Shown here: one piece after another, positions 25,118 through 37,631 of the stretch
Numbering within the stretch: the stretch's first letter is position 1
Layout of the letters: each line of letters opens with the position of its first letter
Origin: Octopus bimaculoides
Lineage: Eukaryota
Assembly: GCF_001194135.2 (NCBI RefSeq)
Contig: NC_069008.1
Location: forward strand, 10,390,634-10,454,019
Reading direction: 5' to 3'
DNA length: 63,386 nucleotides
The notes under the pieces: generated by a model
Seen by the model: the letters and a program-made list of their open reading frames with translations, nothing else
Database searches by the model: none
Told to the model about the DNA's origin: nothing
Program-made: the position numbers and the translations under genes

Positions 25118-26965
25118 CTAGCAGAGATTCCCAGCGTTGTCCGTGTTACATGCAATGGAAGAATTAGACTTTTCTGTTATATTTTCTCTAATGAACTGGA
25201 ATACCTATGATTCGAATTTCATCNNNNNNNNNNTAATGAACTGGAATACCTATGATTCGAATTTCATCAAAATTGCAGATGAAGGTTCTTTCCCTCTTTA
25301 CACACCGTAAAAAAATTCTAATCATGCCACATATTTTCCATACTACTGATCTTTATGCGCAAATTCCAAAATTCCAGTCTTATGGAACAGGTTAAAAGGA
25401 TTTTGCTCCTGAAAAATGGAGGTCATGGAGCTCTAAAATGTGGGTGTTAAGGCCCCTATTGGGGGTGGGTGTCTTAATGCCAACCAGAGAAGTTGAATTG
25501 TTGAGAATCTTTTTGACTTGGGTCTTATAGCTATTGTTTGAATTTCTTTGAAATAGGAAATATATGTATGTTCACTGAGTTTGTAAAAGAGAGCAAAGCT
25601 ACAGGAAACCAAAAAATGAATAATCACAATAAACAGTCAGCTACCCTAGCCTAGTCGTTACTACTCCCTAATGTAGAATTCCTCACCATACAGGTGACAG
25701 GCACAGCTGTAAGATGCATTACGGATCTATAGCAATTGGAAGGGTGTGATCCAACTGAAATAAACATTAACAACTGTGTGACATGAGGGCTAAGGGGAAA
25801 TGAAAGTGTCACCTCTGGAGTTTACAACTGACCACTATACAGATAGGTAACTGGACAGAATAAATTTACAATACAGAATAAATTTACAATACAGAATAAA
25901 TTTACAATACAGAATAAATTTACAATATAGAATAAATTTACAATACAGAATAAATTTGCAATACAGAATAAATTTACAATAACCAGTCTTTGAATAACCA
26001 GTCACTCATCTGGGTATGCCTTGAAATCAATATTACCACCTGGGGACTATGTGTAACCCAGTGATGATAAAAAGACTCAAAGGAGGTTTGCAAGGAAATA
26101 ACTTTACTCAACACTTTGCAACTGAATCAGTGGAGGCAAGGATGCCTTCATTTACTTGACAATTTATGCACCACATTGCCGAAATCACAATCTAAATATA
26201 TCTCAAAGCAAACTCTTACACTGTTGTACCATTGAATTACAAATAACGCTCATATTTTGTGCTCGGGTGACCCTACAGCTTCCAAGAGTACAACTATATT
26301 CGTCTATGCTTAGAAAAAAATGACTACATTGTGGGTGTTAAGTCTGCATGAAGGGGTCTTTGTAACTTCTAAGAAGATGAAATTTTAGAAATATTACTTC
26401 ATTTGTGTCTAATATCTATGGTTAAAATTTCATCAACATCAAATATATAGGAATTTTCATGGGAGTTATGGCCTTTATGCATAGAATATAATTTCAAAAT
26501 TTCATAAAGATTCATTCAGTACTTTTGACCTAGTTTTGGATCCATAAAAAAATGACTAAAATTTGGGAGTTAAGACCCCACCCCCATTAGGGGGTCTTAG
26601 AATCCTCATGAGAAGTGGAAAGTTTGAGAATACATCTTGATGTGTGTCAATTAGCCATGGTTGAAATTTCATCAACATCGAAAACTTATGAATTTTCATG
26701 GGGGTTTTGCCCCCTTTAAGCCATCTCAAATTCAAACCAAACATACTGCATTATACCCGCCCTTATGCATTGAATCTAAGTTCCAAATATTATAAAGATC
26801 CATTCAGTAATTTTGGTCCATGAAACTTTATGAAACACACAGCATTACCCTTCTCCCTAGGCTTGGATTTTGTGTTCCAAATTTCATTAGGATCTGTGCA
26901 GTAGTTTTTGAATGTATAAGTAACACATGAACTCACATAAAGACATTAACTTTTATATAATAGAT
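25118..26965 (+). mobile_element. Helitron-like non-autonomous element with internal minisatellite
   Basis: 5' CTAGCAGAGATTCCCAGCGTTG, 3' GACATTAACTTTTATATAATAGAT; internal 18-bp tandem array. Confidence 0.55.
25855..25980. repeat. 18-bp minisatellite x7 (ACAGAATAAATTTACAAT)
   Basis: Seven adjacent near-identical units without spacers. Confidence 0.95.
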
Positions 26966-27109
26966 ATGAATATACACATATACATACATGTATATGTGTG
27001 TATGTGTATTAAATATATATATATATATATCTACACACACAAAAAGATAGATTGATAGATACAATTGAGTGGGCAAAGAAAAATATGAGACACTGCCACA
27101 TTAACTCCC

Positions 27110-27393
27110 ACATTTTAGAGCTCCATGACCTCCATTTTTCAGGAGCAAAATCTTTTTAACAGGTTCCTTTTAACAAGACTGAAATTTTGGAATCTGTGCA
27201 TAAAGATCAGTAGTATGGGATACATGTGTCATGATTACAATTTTTTTACGGTGTGTAAAGAGGGAAAGAACCCTCAATTGCAATTTTGATGAAATTCAAA
27301 TCATAGGTATTCCAGTTCATTAGAGAAAATATAACAGAAAAGTCTAATTCTTCCATTGCATGTAACACGGGCAACGCCTGGTATCTCTGCTAG
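27110..27393 (-). mobile_element. Second, truncated copy of the 25118 Helitron-like element, inverted
   Basis: Reverse complement of about 25118-25445. Confidence 0.75.
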
Positions 27394-27989
27394 TATTATA
27401 GATAAGTATGTATATATGTATGTATGCCTGTATATATGTGAGATAATAATTTCACTTTAATAGTTTCAGTATTAAAGTGAAACTATTAAAATGAAAATAT
27501 CTGACATTACAATAGAGAGATGTTATTGTTTTACTTTTGACACGTAATTCTGCAATAGTGGAGGGGATGTGATATTGCACTGGGCTCGCACTAGGCATGA
27601 AACTAAAATATTTTTGGCCTAAAACACTACATGGACCCTAAGTAAGGCATGTGTAAAATTTGAATGAAATTGGTTGTGTAGTTCTCAAGTTTTAGGGATT
27701 CACACAGACAGACAGACACACAGACACGTTTTCATCTTTATATATATAGATATACAAAGGTGCAGGTGTGGTTGTGTAGTAAGTAGCTTGCTACCCAACC
27801 ACGTGGTTCCAGGTTCACTCCTACTGCATGGCACCTTGGGTAAGTGTCGTCATCTATAGCCTCAAACGAACCAAAGCCTTGTGAGTGCATTTGGTAAATG
27901 GAAACTGAAAGAAGCCTATTGTATATATACATATATATATACATATATGTATAGATACATACATAAAAATGATGGTGTAGTGTATGCAG

Positions 27990-30470
27990 GCTGAAGGCTA
28001 TTGTTTGTTTATGAATTCTGCCAAATGCGAGTTTTCTTTTCAGGTACATGATACTGCTGTCCCTCATCCCAGTGTCTCACAGGCCCACACCTCCCACACC
28101 ATAAGAGTTGGCACACTCAACGTCGGCACACTGAAAGGTAGATCTGGTGAGATTGTTGAGATGCTTGAACGGAGATGTGTAGATTTGTGCTGCATCCAAG
28201 AAGTAAGATGGTGAGGAGGTTCCGCTAGGTTCATCACAGGCAAAGAACACAGGTACAAGATTTTCTGAGCAAGGAACACTGATGGGGTCGGGGGCGTGGG
28301 TATACTTCTTGCAGAGAAATGGGTTGATAAGGTAAGCGAAGTAGTCAGAGTATGTGACAGAATACTTAACATTAGATTAGTGCGTTATCATAGGTTAGCA
28401 ATCATTATCTTGGCCTATGCCACTCAACCGAGGCTACCTGATGGGCAGAAAGACTGATTTTATGACACCCTCTTGCAGACTACCTCGTTGATGAATGACA
28501 GAGACCTTCTCTTTGTGGCTGGTGACTTCAATGGACATGTTGGACAACATGCAAGGAGCTTCAAAAGTGTACATAGAGGCTATGGCTTTGGTTCCCGCAT
28601 TGAGGAGGGAACCAGACTGCTGGAGATCTGCGATGCAAATGATCTTATGGTTTGCAATACCAACTTCAGGAAACCTGCCAGTCACTTAGTCGCCTACTAT
28701 AATGGCAGACACACTGGCCAAATTGACTACATCCTCGCCAGAAAAAGGGAAATAAGGCTGCTTATTAATGCCAAAACCTTCCCAGGTGAAGAATGTACCC
28801 CTCAGCAGGAGACTAGTAGTTTTCTCTTTATTATTGGCATAAAGCTATTTCAACATAGATTAGTAGTTAGCGACTTCAGGAACAGGGCTAAATGGATGCC
28901 CAGAAGACGACCAGCATGGAGGAGAAGGGTCTGGAAGCTTAAAGATCCTGCAAATGGACAGAGATTTAGAGACGTTTTACTTGAAGCCTTTGATGTGGAA
29001 GACAACTGATGTGGAAGACAACTGGAGGTTTCTACGGGACAACCTGCTGAGAGCCACTGACCAGATCTGTGGATGGTGCAAAGTGCCCTCTTGACCCAAG
29101 GTAACGTGGTGGTGGAACAATGTGGTTGACAGGGCTATTAGACAAAAGAAACAAGCTTGGAAGGACTGGAAGAACGGTGGTAGCAGGGAATTGTATCAGA
29201 CTGCCAGAAGGAAAGTTAGGACAGAGGGGAAGCAGATAAGAAAACATTCGCCAATGTTCTGCGCTATGAGGACCAAAGGCTTGGAAAGTCTACCGAATGT
29301 CGACCCAACAGTGGTAGATAAAGCAATTAAGAGTATGAAGACAGGGAAAGCACCCGGTCCATCAGGAATCACTGCAGAGATGCTCAAAATATCTGGTGGT
29401 GTCGGCTATAGCCTAGTCACCCGTATTGTTAACCAGGTGATACATGAAGGAGTCATACCCAATGACTGGTGTAGCAGCACCATAGTCAACTGCTACAAAG
29501 GTAAAGGTGATGCTTTAGGTACAAATAATTACAGAGGTATCAAGTTGTTGGATCAGGTAATTAAGGTCATGGAGAGGGTCATAGCCCAACTAATTAGGGA
29601 GAGAGTCAGTTTTGATGAGATGCAGTTTGGGTTTGTGCCAAGGAAATGCACCACTGATGCTATCTTTCTAGTAAGACAGTTGTAGGAGAAATACCTAGCC
29701 AAAGATAAACCTCTGTACCTGGCTTTTGCTGACATGAGGAAAGCCTTTGACAAGGTCCCCCAATCCCTTTTCTGGTGGTCAATGAGAAAACTAGGGATAG
29801 ATGAATGGTTAGTGAGAGCTGTGCGAGCCATGTACAGAGACGCTGTCAGTAAGGTGAGGGTTGGCAACGAGTACAGTGAAGAATTCCGGGTAGAAGTAGG
29901 GGTCCACCAAGGTTCAGTCCTCAGCCCCCTCCTATTTATCATAGTCCTCCAGGCAATAACAGAGGAATTCAAGACAGGATGCCCCTGGGAGCTCCTCTAT
30001 GCTGATGACCTTGCTCTAATTGCTGAGTCACTATCAGAACTAGAGAAGAAGTNNNNNNNNNNNNNNNNNNNNNNNNNNNNNNNNNNNNNNNNNNNNNNNN
30101 NNNNNAAACCCCTTCAGGTAGATGGCCCTGCTCGATCTGTAGAAAAGGCATAGGTAGAAACTCTATAAGATGTACCCAGTGCAAGCTATGGACACATAAG
30201 AGGTGTCCAGCAATATCAAAGGAAGGCTAACTAGGAAGATAGTTTTTGTATGTGGCAGATGCTCAGGAGCAATAAACACTGAAAATGTGCAGAGAACAAC
30301 TTCTGCCACATTTCAGGGAGAAAAACTAGAAGTAGTTGATAGCTTCTGTTACCTAGGTGACCAAGTTAGTAGCAGGGATGGGTGCTCTGAAAGTGTAGCT
30401 GCTAGAATAAGAATAGCATGGGCAAAGTTCAGAGAGCTCCTACCTCTGCTGGTGACAAAGGGTCTCTCTG
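27990..30470 (+). mobile_element. RTE-clade LINE, near full-length ORF (APE, RT, PHD finger), disrupted
   Basis: RVGTLNVGTLKGR...CCIQEVRW, AGDFNGHVG, QIDYIL, HRLVVSDF; KAPGPSG, NYRGIKLL, QFGF, KAFDKVP, GVHQGSVLSPLLF, ELLYADDL, F.YLGD. Stops, a 16-bp duplication near 29003 and an N gap. Confidence 0.95.
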
Positions 30471-30559
30471 TGTGTAAGCGTGTGTGTTTGTGTATGTTTG
30501 TGTGCACACACACGTGTGTGTGTGTGTTTCTGTGTGCATGTGTGGAACATATGGCCATG

Positions 30560-30905
30560 AAATTGCCAAAATGAATGGAAAACTGTTACTCCTCTGTCCC
30601 AGACTGGTCAACAGAAGATGGCTAATCATTCTTCATGACAATGCTCGAGAAATTGAGGGAACTTGGCTACAAAGTTCTTCTCCACCCAACTTATTCCCCA
30701 GACCTTTTTCCTACCGACTACTACTTTTTCAAGCACCTTGATGGTTTCCTGTAAGAGAAGGAGTTCAAAAATCAAATCGATGCTGAAAGTGCTTTCAAAG
30801 AGTTCATCAGTTCCAGAACTCCAGAATTTTATGTTACTGTAAAAAACAACCTTGTAACTTGTTAGTAAAAATGCATTCATTGTAAAGGTGCTTACTTTGA
30901 TGAAT
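30560..30905 (+). mobile_element. mariner transposase 3' relic (DD34D type)
   Basis: LHDNA, then frameshifted PDLFPTDYYFFKHLDGFL..KEFKNQIDAESAFKEFISSRTPEFY...KGAYFDE. Confidence 0.85.
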
Positions 30906-31912
30906 AAAATTTCCGTATTGTTGAAATATATTGTGATGAATTTCATGTTTCAAAATGTTGCTTGCTTTTTACTCAGCCTGATATATATATATATTAGAGT
31001 GTTCAGAAAGCATGTGCATTTTCCTACCAATATGAAATATGAATTAACCAATCATGTCGAAGCCAAGGTCAAATGGGTGGGAACTGTCTAGAAGTAGTAT
31101 ATCATCTCTTCTATCCAGCAGTTATTTCGGTAATTAACCCTATGGATGGATAAAACCTTTATGAAACAACATATTTGCCATTGCTCACTGTATGAGTTTC
31201 AAAAAAGTACCGCTACAAAAGCAATGAAAACATTTGTGAAGTGAATCTGGATGCCGTGAAAGCATATACATGTCAGCTGTGGTTTAAAAGGTTAAAAGAT
31301 GACCCATTGCTTTGGAAGATGACCCATTATGAATGACAACCTTTTGAAAGATTATTGTATCATGTCTATGTCAAAACACCAGAGATGTAATGTGTCATGT
31401 TCAACTATCCAGCCTTTGTAAGTGAAGTCAAAGTGGGTTGACCAATACAGTGTTGAAGCCTTTTGGCTGGATTGAACCTGTAATTTCAAAAGTCCAACCC
31501 TATCATATACATATACCTTTTATCTTCCCGGTTTTACTTATTTTACTCACTTGACTCTGGCCAGGCTGGAGCAATGCCTTCAAAAGATTGATCCTTGAAC
31601 ATATTTTTTAAAGTCTGGTACCTATTCTATCAGTCAATTTTTGTCAAGTTGTGGTGGGGAACAAACACAGACACAAAGACGCACACATATATGACAGGCT
31701 TCTTTCAATTTCTGTCTACCAAATCTACTTGCATAGTTTTGTCTTGCCCAAGGCTATAGTAGAAGATACTTGCCCAAGGTGCCACACAGTGGGACTGAAC
31801 CTGGAACCATGTGGCTGGGAAGTGAGCCTCTTACCACACAGGCATGTCTGCACCTATATATACAATATGTATATATATAATATGTATGTATATATTTGTG
31901 TATATATGTATA

Positions 31913-32860
31913 GGGGAAAAAACTAGAAGCAGCTGATAACTTTCGTTACCTACATGACTAAGTCAGTAGCTGGGGTGGATGCTCTGAGAGTGTAGCTGCT
32001 AGAATAAGAATAACCTGGGCAAAGTTCAGAGAGCTCCTACCTCTGTTGGTAACAAAGGGCCTGTCACTCAGAGTGAAAGGTAGGCTGTATGACGCATGAA
32101 TGCAAACAGCCATGCTTCACAAAGTGAAACATAGTCCATGTGTAAGCTTGCAAGAAATGTCAATGTGCATACATGACAAAGTGTAAGCACCCTGAGAGAA
32201 AAATTGGACATAAGAAGCATCAGATGTGGTGTTCAAGATAGATGACTGCACTGGTATGGTCATGTGTTACATATGGATGAGGACAGCTGTGTGAAAAAGT
32301 GTCACTCCCTAACAGTGGGAATCTCTGGGAGAGGTAGAATCAGGAAGACATGGGATGAGGTAGTGAGGCATGACCTTCAAACGTTGGGCCTCACGGAGGT
32401 AATGACAAGTGACTGAGACCTTTGGAGATGTGCTATGCTTGAGAAGACCTGGCAAGCCAAGTGAGACCATAGCCGTGGCCTATGCCAGTGTCACATAATC
32501 AGCCTATTTAAGAGTACCCTTCAATCATTGGGCAATATGCTGTACTTGAGGAGACCTGTTGAGTCAAGTGAAATCATTGTCATGGCTGATGCCAGTACCA
32601 CCTGACTGGCATCTGTACTGGTGGCACGTAAAAAGCACCATTCAAAAGTGGTTGTGGCCAGTGCCACCTGACTGGCTCCCATTCCAGTGGCACGTAAAAA
32701 GCACCCACTACATTCTCGGAGTGGTTGGCGTTAGGAAGGGCATCCAGCTGTAGAAACCTTGCATGATCAGATTGGAGTCTGGTGCAGCCGTCTGGCTTGC
32801 CAGTCCTCACTCAAACCATCCAACCCATGCCAACATGAAAAGCAGATGTTAAACGATGAT
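31913..32860 (+). mobile_element. 5'-truncated RTE copy with complete 3' tail
   Basis: Overlaps in sequence with 30315-30466 (EKLE..D.FRYL), continues to RKTWDEVVRHDL and the tandem-unit tail. Confidence 0.85.
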
Positions 32861-32925
32861 GAATGTATACCAAATAAAAAGAATTTGTCAGAAAGGAAGT
32901 GTTTTCTATTGAAGTCAATACTTAC

Positions 32926-33183
32926 ATGTGAGAACCATGTTTCTAGTTTTAAATCCTTCTGATGATACATTAATCTGTACATTTTTACCAGGGATTTGAG
33001 TTATGACACTCTTCACACTCCATGTGTGATCTGGTCTTGTAACATCAAGTTGGGTCATCGAGAGAGATCCATTCACCCATTGTTGAGTCTTTGTCCAAAC
33101 ACTAGCTGTGTACAACTTATCATCATCCTTCAGTAAAATTCTGGCACCAGTTGTCTGAGATTTCTGGTTTTTGATTGGAACAA
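32926..33183 (-). CDS. LLTP gene exon 7
   Basis: Acceptor ttttattcttccag|TT, donor ACAT|GTAAGT; 258 nt, phase 1/1. Open frame VPIKNQKSQTTGARILLKDDDKLYTASV...RNMVLT. Confidence 0.85.
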
Positions 33184-33463
33184 CTGGAAGAATAAAATCA
33201 TTAGGAATGCATTCCAAGGCATAGAAATATAAATATTGATTTCAAATTTTGGCACAGAGCCAGTAATTTTGGTGGAAGGGATAAGTTGATTACACTGAAC
33301 CCAGTGTTCAACCTTGAAAGGAAGAAAAGTAAAGTTATTTGAACTTAGAACGTATTATCCCAGCTTATCACTTTATAGTAACACACACACACACACATAC
33401 ACACACACACATATATATATTGTAAACATAAATATATTTCATGTATGCATAAATGTATGTGTG

Positions 33464-33509
<46 letters not shown>

Positions 33510-33510
<1 letters not shown>

Positions 33511-34310
33511 TATTATTTATATAGATAGAGTGATAAATTGAATATTAATTCAATTTAAAACCTAGTGGCCCAGCATATAAAAAAATTTGAAAATTCAGAA
33601 AAAATTGTACTACACGTGTATGACCACTAGGTGGACATCCAATATGCTAGAAAGGGGTCATCAACGACCCAACCACAAAGAAAAATAATGTTCTCCAGAA
33701 AAATTTCGCAAAAACACCAGAACAGGACAAAACGAGAAATATACAGAATAAAGAATTATCTATGGACTGCAGTTTCGAACATTAACATTTTACTTACGTA
33801 ACAATATCTGTATGTAACAACATCCGTGTTCTCATCAGCATAGACGTTCTAGAATCAATATACACGAATTGTCTTCATGAAATAAGACTTGCATATAATT
33901 CTACCGATTACATTGGGGCTATTTTTCAAAATGCCTCAGCTCCGGCACACAAAATTCCGGAAACAATTCTGCAGAGAATAATTCACTGAGGTATATGCTG
34001 TTGGCTGGAGAACATAACTATTTAAATTATTATTTATATAGATAGGGTGATAAATTGAATATTAATTCAATTTAAAACCAAGTGGCCTAGCATATAAAAA
34101 AATCTGAAAATTCAGAAAAAATTGTACTACACGTGTATAAGGGATGACCACTATGCAAGAAAGAGGTCAGGCATTTTGAAAAATAGCCCCAATGTAATCG
34201 GTAGAACTATATGCAAGTCACATGAAGACAGTTCGTGTATAGTTCTGCAAATTATATTGATTCTAGAACGTCTATGCTGATGAGAACACGGATGTTCTTC
34301 GATCCCCTTT
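33510..34310. repeat. Rearranged Penelope pLTR-like repeat
   Basis: Direct repeat 33510-33630 / 34020-34150 and inverted repeat 33820-33940 / 34165-34300; carries a hammerhead. Confidence 0.6.
33759..33844 (-). ncRNA. Type I hammerhead ribozyme
   Basis: Minus strand: TCTATG-CTGATGA-GAACA-(45 nt)-TGTTC-GAAA-C(TGCA)G-TC-CATAGA. Full catalytic core, 6-bp stem I, 5-bp stem II, GUC triplet. Confidence 0.78.
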
Positions 34311-34894
34311 GTTTATTTCTTATGAATAACTTGCAAATCTACGTATAAAAATATTAAAATATATATGAAAGTCTCAGTGTTGCTAGTTTAGAGAATTTAG
34401 ACTTGGTCAGTATTTTCTTATAAAAAATATTTCGGGGATCAAAGAACCCGATTTCTATTAAAACCATAGGGGGAACAACTTCACCACGACGACTACCACC
34501 ACTACTACTACTACTACTATTGTTATTATCATGACTGCTGCTAGTTATTCGACAGCTACAACCACTCCTAGAATTCCTGACCACTATTTAATTTACTAAA
34601 ATAGATAGTAGTAATCTACTAAAAGAACCAGTTGGAATTACCATGTCCAAGGAAAGGACCACGTGCGCATGCAAGAAATAACAGTAAACTATGAATGTCA
34701 TTCTTAATTTTAAATTCAATTTTATTTTATTAATAGCCCTTTTCTCTTCTCACATATTTTATATTCATTTTTGATAAGGTTTTTCAAAAAAACCGAAACA
34801 TGTAAATTAATAAAAACACCCAAAAAATGTTTTAAAAAAGTGGCATTTTCATTTTTATTCATTTTCAATATCCACTTACTCGTGNNNNNNNNNN

Positions 34895-34928
<34 letters not shown>

Positions 34929-35159
34929 TGAGTCATTTAAGAGATCTTAAATCAAAGAAAAGATGCACTCATATATCTGTCAATAGAGTGGGTATATTAT
35001 CCGAAATGTACAGTTTCCCAGAAAATGGACATTAGTTAGAATAAGAACAGTAATAAATGAGTGATGAACAAATATATAGTGCGTGTGTTAATTTGCCTAA
35101 AAAAAATGACCATTCCGAAATATAATATATATATATATATTCTTCTGTTCATTTATTTG

Positions 35160-35345
35160 TTTCAGTCATTTGACTGTGGCCATGCTGGACCACCACCTGT
35201 AGTTGAGCAAATCGACCTCAGGACTTATTCTCTGGAAGCCTAGTACTTATTCTATTGGTCTCTTTTGCCGCACCTCTAAGTTACGGGGACGTAGACACGC
35301 CAGCATCGGTTGTCAAGCAATGTTGGGGGGACAAACACAGACACA
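35160..35345 (+). repeat. Dispersed repeat family B (SINE-like)
   Basis: TTTCAGTCATTTGACTG.GGCCATGCTGG...GTACTTATTCTAT.GGT...GCTAAGTTAC.GGGA. Copies near 7190-7440, 31550-31680, 49640-49850(-), 52190-52370(-), 56060-56190, 58610-58720. Confidence 0.75.
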
Positions 35346-35640
35346 CAAACAAATACGCACACATACATATATATATATATACATATATACGACAAGCTTC
35401 TTTCAGTTTCTGTCAACCAAATCCACTCACAAGGCTTTGGTCAGCCTGAGGCTATAGTAGAAGACACTGAACCTGGGACCATGTGATTGGTAAGCAAGCT
35501 ACTTACCACACAGCCACTCCTGTGCCTATACATATATGTATGTGTGTATAGTTGAAATTTATAGAAAAACAAAAGACAAAGACAGGTATATGAACAACAA
35601 ATAAATGTATTAGTTTGACACTTGGCAAAAATGATAAAGT

Positions 35641-35677
35641 CTTTTACATTTTGAGCCTACACTCTTCAACAGAAAGG
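35641..35677 (-). ncRNA. Variant hammerhead-like motif (degenerate)
   Basis: CTTT-CTGTTGAA-GAGT(GTAG)GCTC-AAAA-T-GTA-AAAG; paralog at 40915-40950. Confidence 0.35.
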
Positions 35678-36539
35678 AATAAAAGAAAATAAACAGAGAG
35701 AGAATGTAAAAAAAAACTTGTAAGCTATTTAAGAAAGGATGGTTTTAATTTTTAGTTTGCTAAGTTATTTCACTTCCAGTCACCATAATATATTACACTA
35801 GCTTAAAAACCATACTCTGTGTGGACTCTTAAGCTAGCTCCAGCGTGTGTTGTGTGTGTGTGGGTGGGGGATAATTGGGCCCATGGCCCAAAATAAAGAC
35901 TGTTAAATAGCATGACTATAATATTTCTATAATGGCTATATGCCCTGATGGTGTTTGATCAGAGGTTAAGGACAGATGAGAATTAATTCTGCAATGCAAT
36001 CTTTCTATTCTTCCAGTCCTAAGTTGAATTCCAACTGTTGAAGAATTTGTCCCAAAATTCCTCTCTCAATGTAAATTAATGAAGTAAATGTCATTTACCT
36101 CTCCCTTGATCTCTGACATCATCTGACAAATGCCATCAAGATGGTATGAACCAGCCAAGCTTTACCTGCTAGAAATAGCAACCCAAATGCTTTTAAATCA
36201 GATTTCAATGCTGGATGTTCAAGAATAACTTTCGAAATTTATGACAACATCTTATTGTAAAGTTCCCATTGAAATTTAATAAAATTAATTTAGAAGTGAT
36301 TATGTAATATATTTCTTCAAGGCAAGGATCACATGTAGAATTACCAATATTGTGCGATGGTGCATAACTAATAACAGACCACATTAAATCATACTTACTG
36401 TTCCTATCTTTTAAATCCCAAATGCATTTACTAAAATTTGTAGAATTACTTTTTCTTCTATACTAAAATGAATGAGAATAATTATGAAATCTAGATTTCA
36501 AACTGTAGCAGATGAGCCAATGTAATAATACGTATGATC

Positions 36540-37480
36540 CCCTGTTATTATCTTACACTGATATTTTTCTTTAAACACTGATTAAAGAATTTGAAAAGAT
36601 TTTTTCTAGACGTTTCTAAATTAACCATATTAGATCTATATATAGTGAATAGAGCGTCATCTCTATATAATCCAACTCCCAATTCAGGAAATGCATTATG
36701 TATACAATTAAGAATACAAATACCAATTAAATTGGTAACTTCGGCTAAACCACCGGATCCCAAAGTAATATCAAAATAATCAGCCTATCAATTCTAGTTC
36801 AATACTTCCTGTTGAATTTAAATTATGGTTTTCTTAGCCACTAGCATTATATCAACCTCACATTTGGATAACTCTGGATTCTTCATGGTGAAAATTAATG
36901 CTTTATTCAGAAGATAGGATTGATGAATGAGTAATAATTAGAAATATCCAACTGAATGAATTTAGTATGTTTTTTACCCTTAATGTTAATGAACCAATCA
37001 ATAACCTCCAAGGAATTAGACCATAAAGATAAAACTAATATTTTGTTTAAGCCTAGGAATATATTTATCAATAATAATTTTACTGATCTGACCTGTGGAT
37101 CAGTATTAAAATTAGGTTTGTGATCTTTTAAATTAATTCTTGGGATTTTGGGAGTGTAAGGTTCAGTTTGATCTTCAACAATGTCTTTCACAATTAAGTT
37201 AATGTTTAGAAAATTTTCTTTCGAGGTAAGCTTATAACCCTTTGGGAATTGTTTTTTAATTAAAGAGAAGTATTTTTTTGATTCTAAATGATAAAAGTTT
37301 CCAGCTTTTATCTGTATTCCAGGTTAATTCCTAAATTCTTTCAATAATTGTTGCAATTTTCTTAGATAAGAGTTTATTCTCATAGGGAATTGGTGGAATT
37401 TAATGTTTTTAACTATATTCTAAAGTTCAATTTCAAAATGCACACCACTTCATACAATGAATTAATCTTATCAATTAAAT
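36540..37480 (-). mobile_element. Penelope-like element RT relic
   Basis: INLKDHKPNFN.DP..R, WSNSLEVIDWF, KFIQLDISNYYS, LGSGGLAEVTNLIGICIL, GLYRDD. Confidence 0.8.
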
Positions 37481-37631
37481 TCTTCATATATTCTTTTTTA
37501 GGTGGCAAAGGTATATATATATATAAATATTTATATATNNNNNNNNNNNNNNNNNNNNNNNNNNNNNNNNNNNNNNNNNNNNNNNNNNNNNNNNNNNNNN
37601 NNNNNNNNNNNNNNNNNNNNNNGTGTATGTA

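Noticed and set aside
25185-25270. Exact short duplications flanking 10-N gaps (also 45050-45125)
   Set aside because: These are typical contig-overlap scaffolding artefacts.
25855-25980. Regular 18-bp repeats resembling a CRISPR array
   Set aside because: No spacers, eukaryotic context, and located inside a Helitron-like repeat.
30315-32060. Repeated RTE segment suggesting one element split by a mariner
   Set aside because: The two parts overlap in element coordinates, so they are better read as separate copies.
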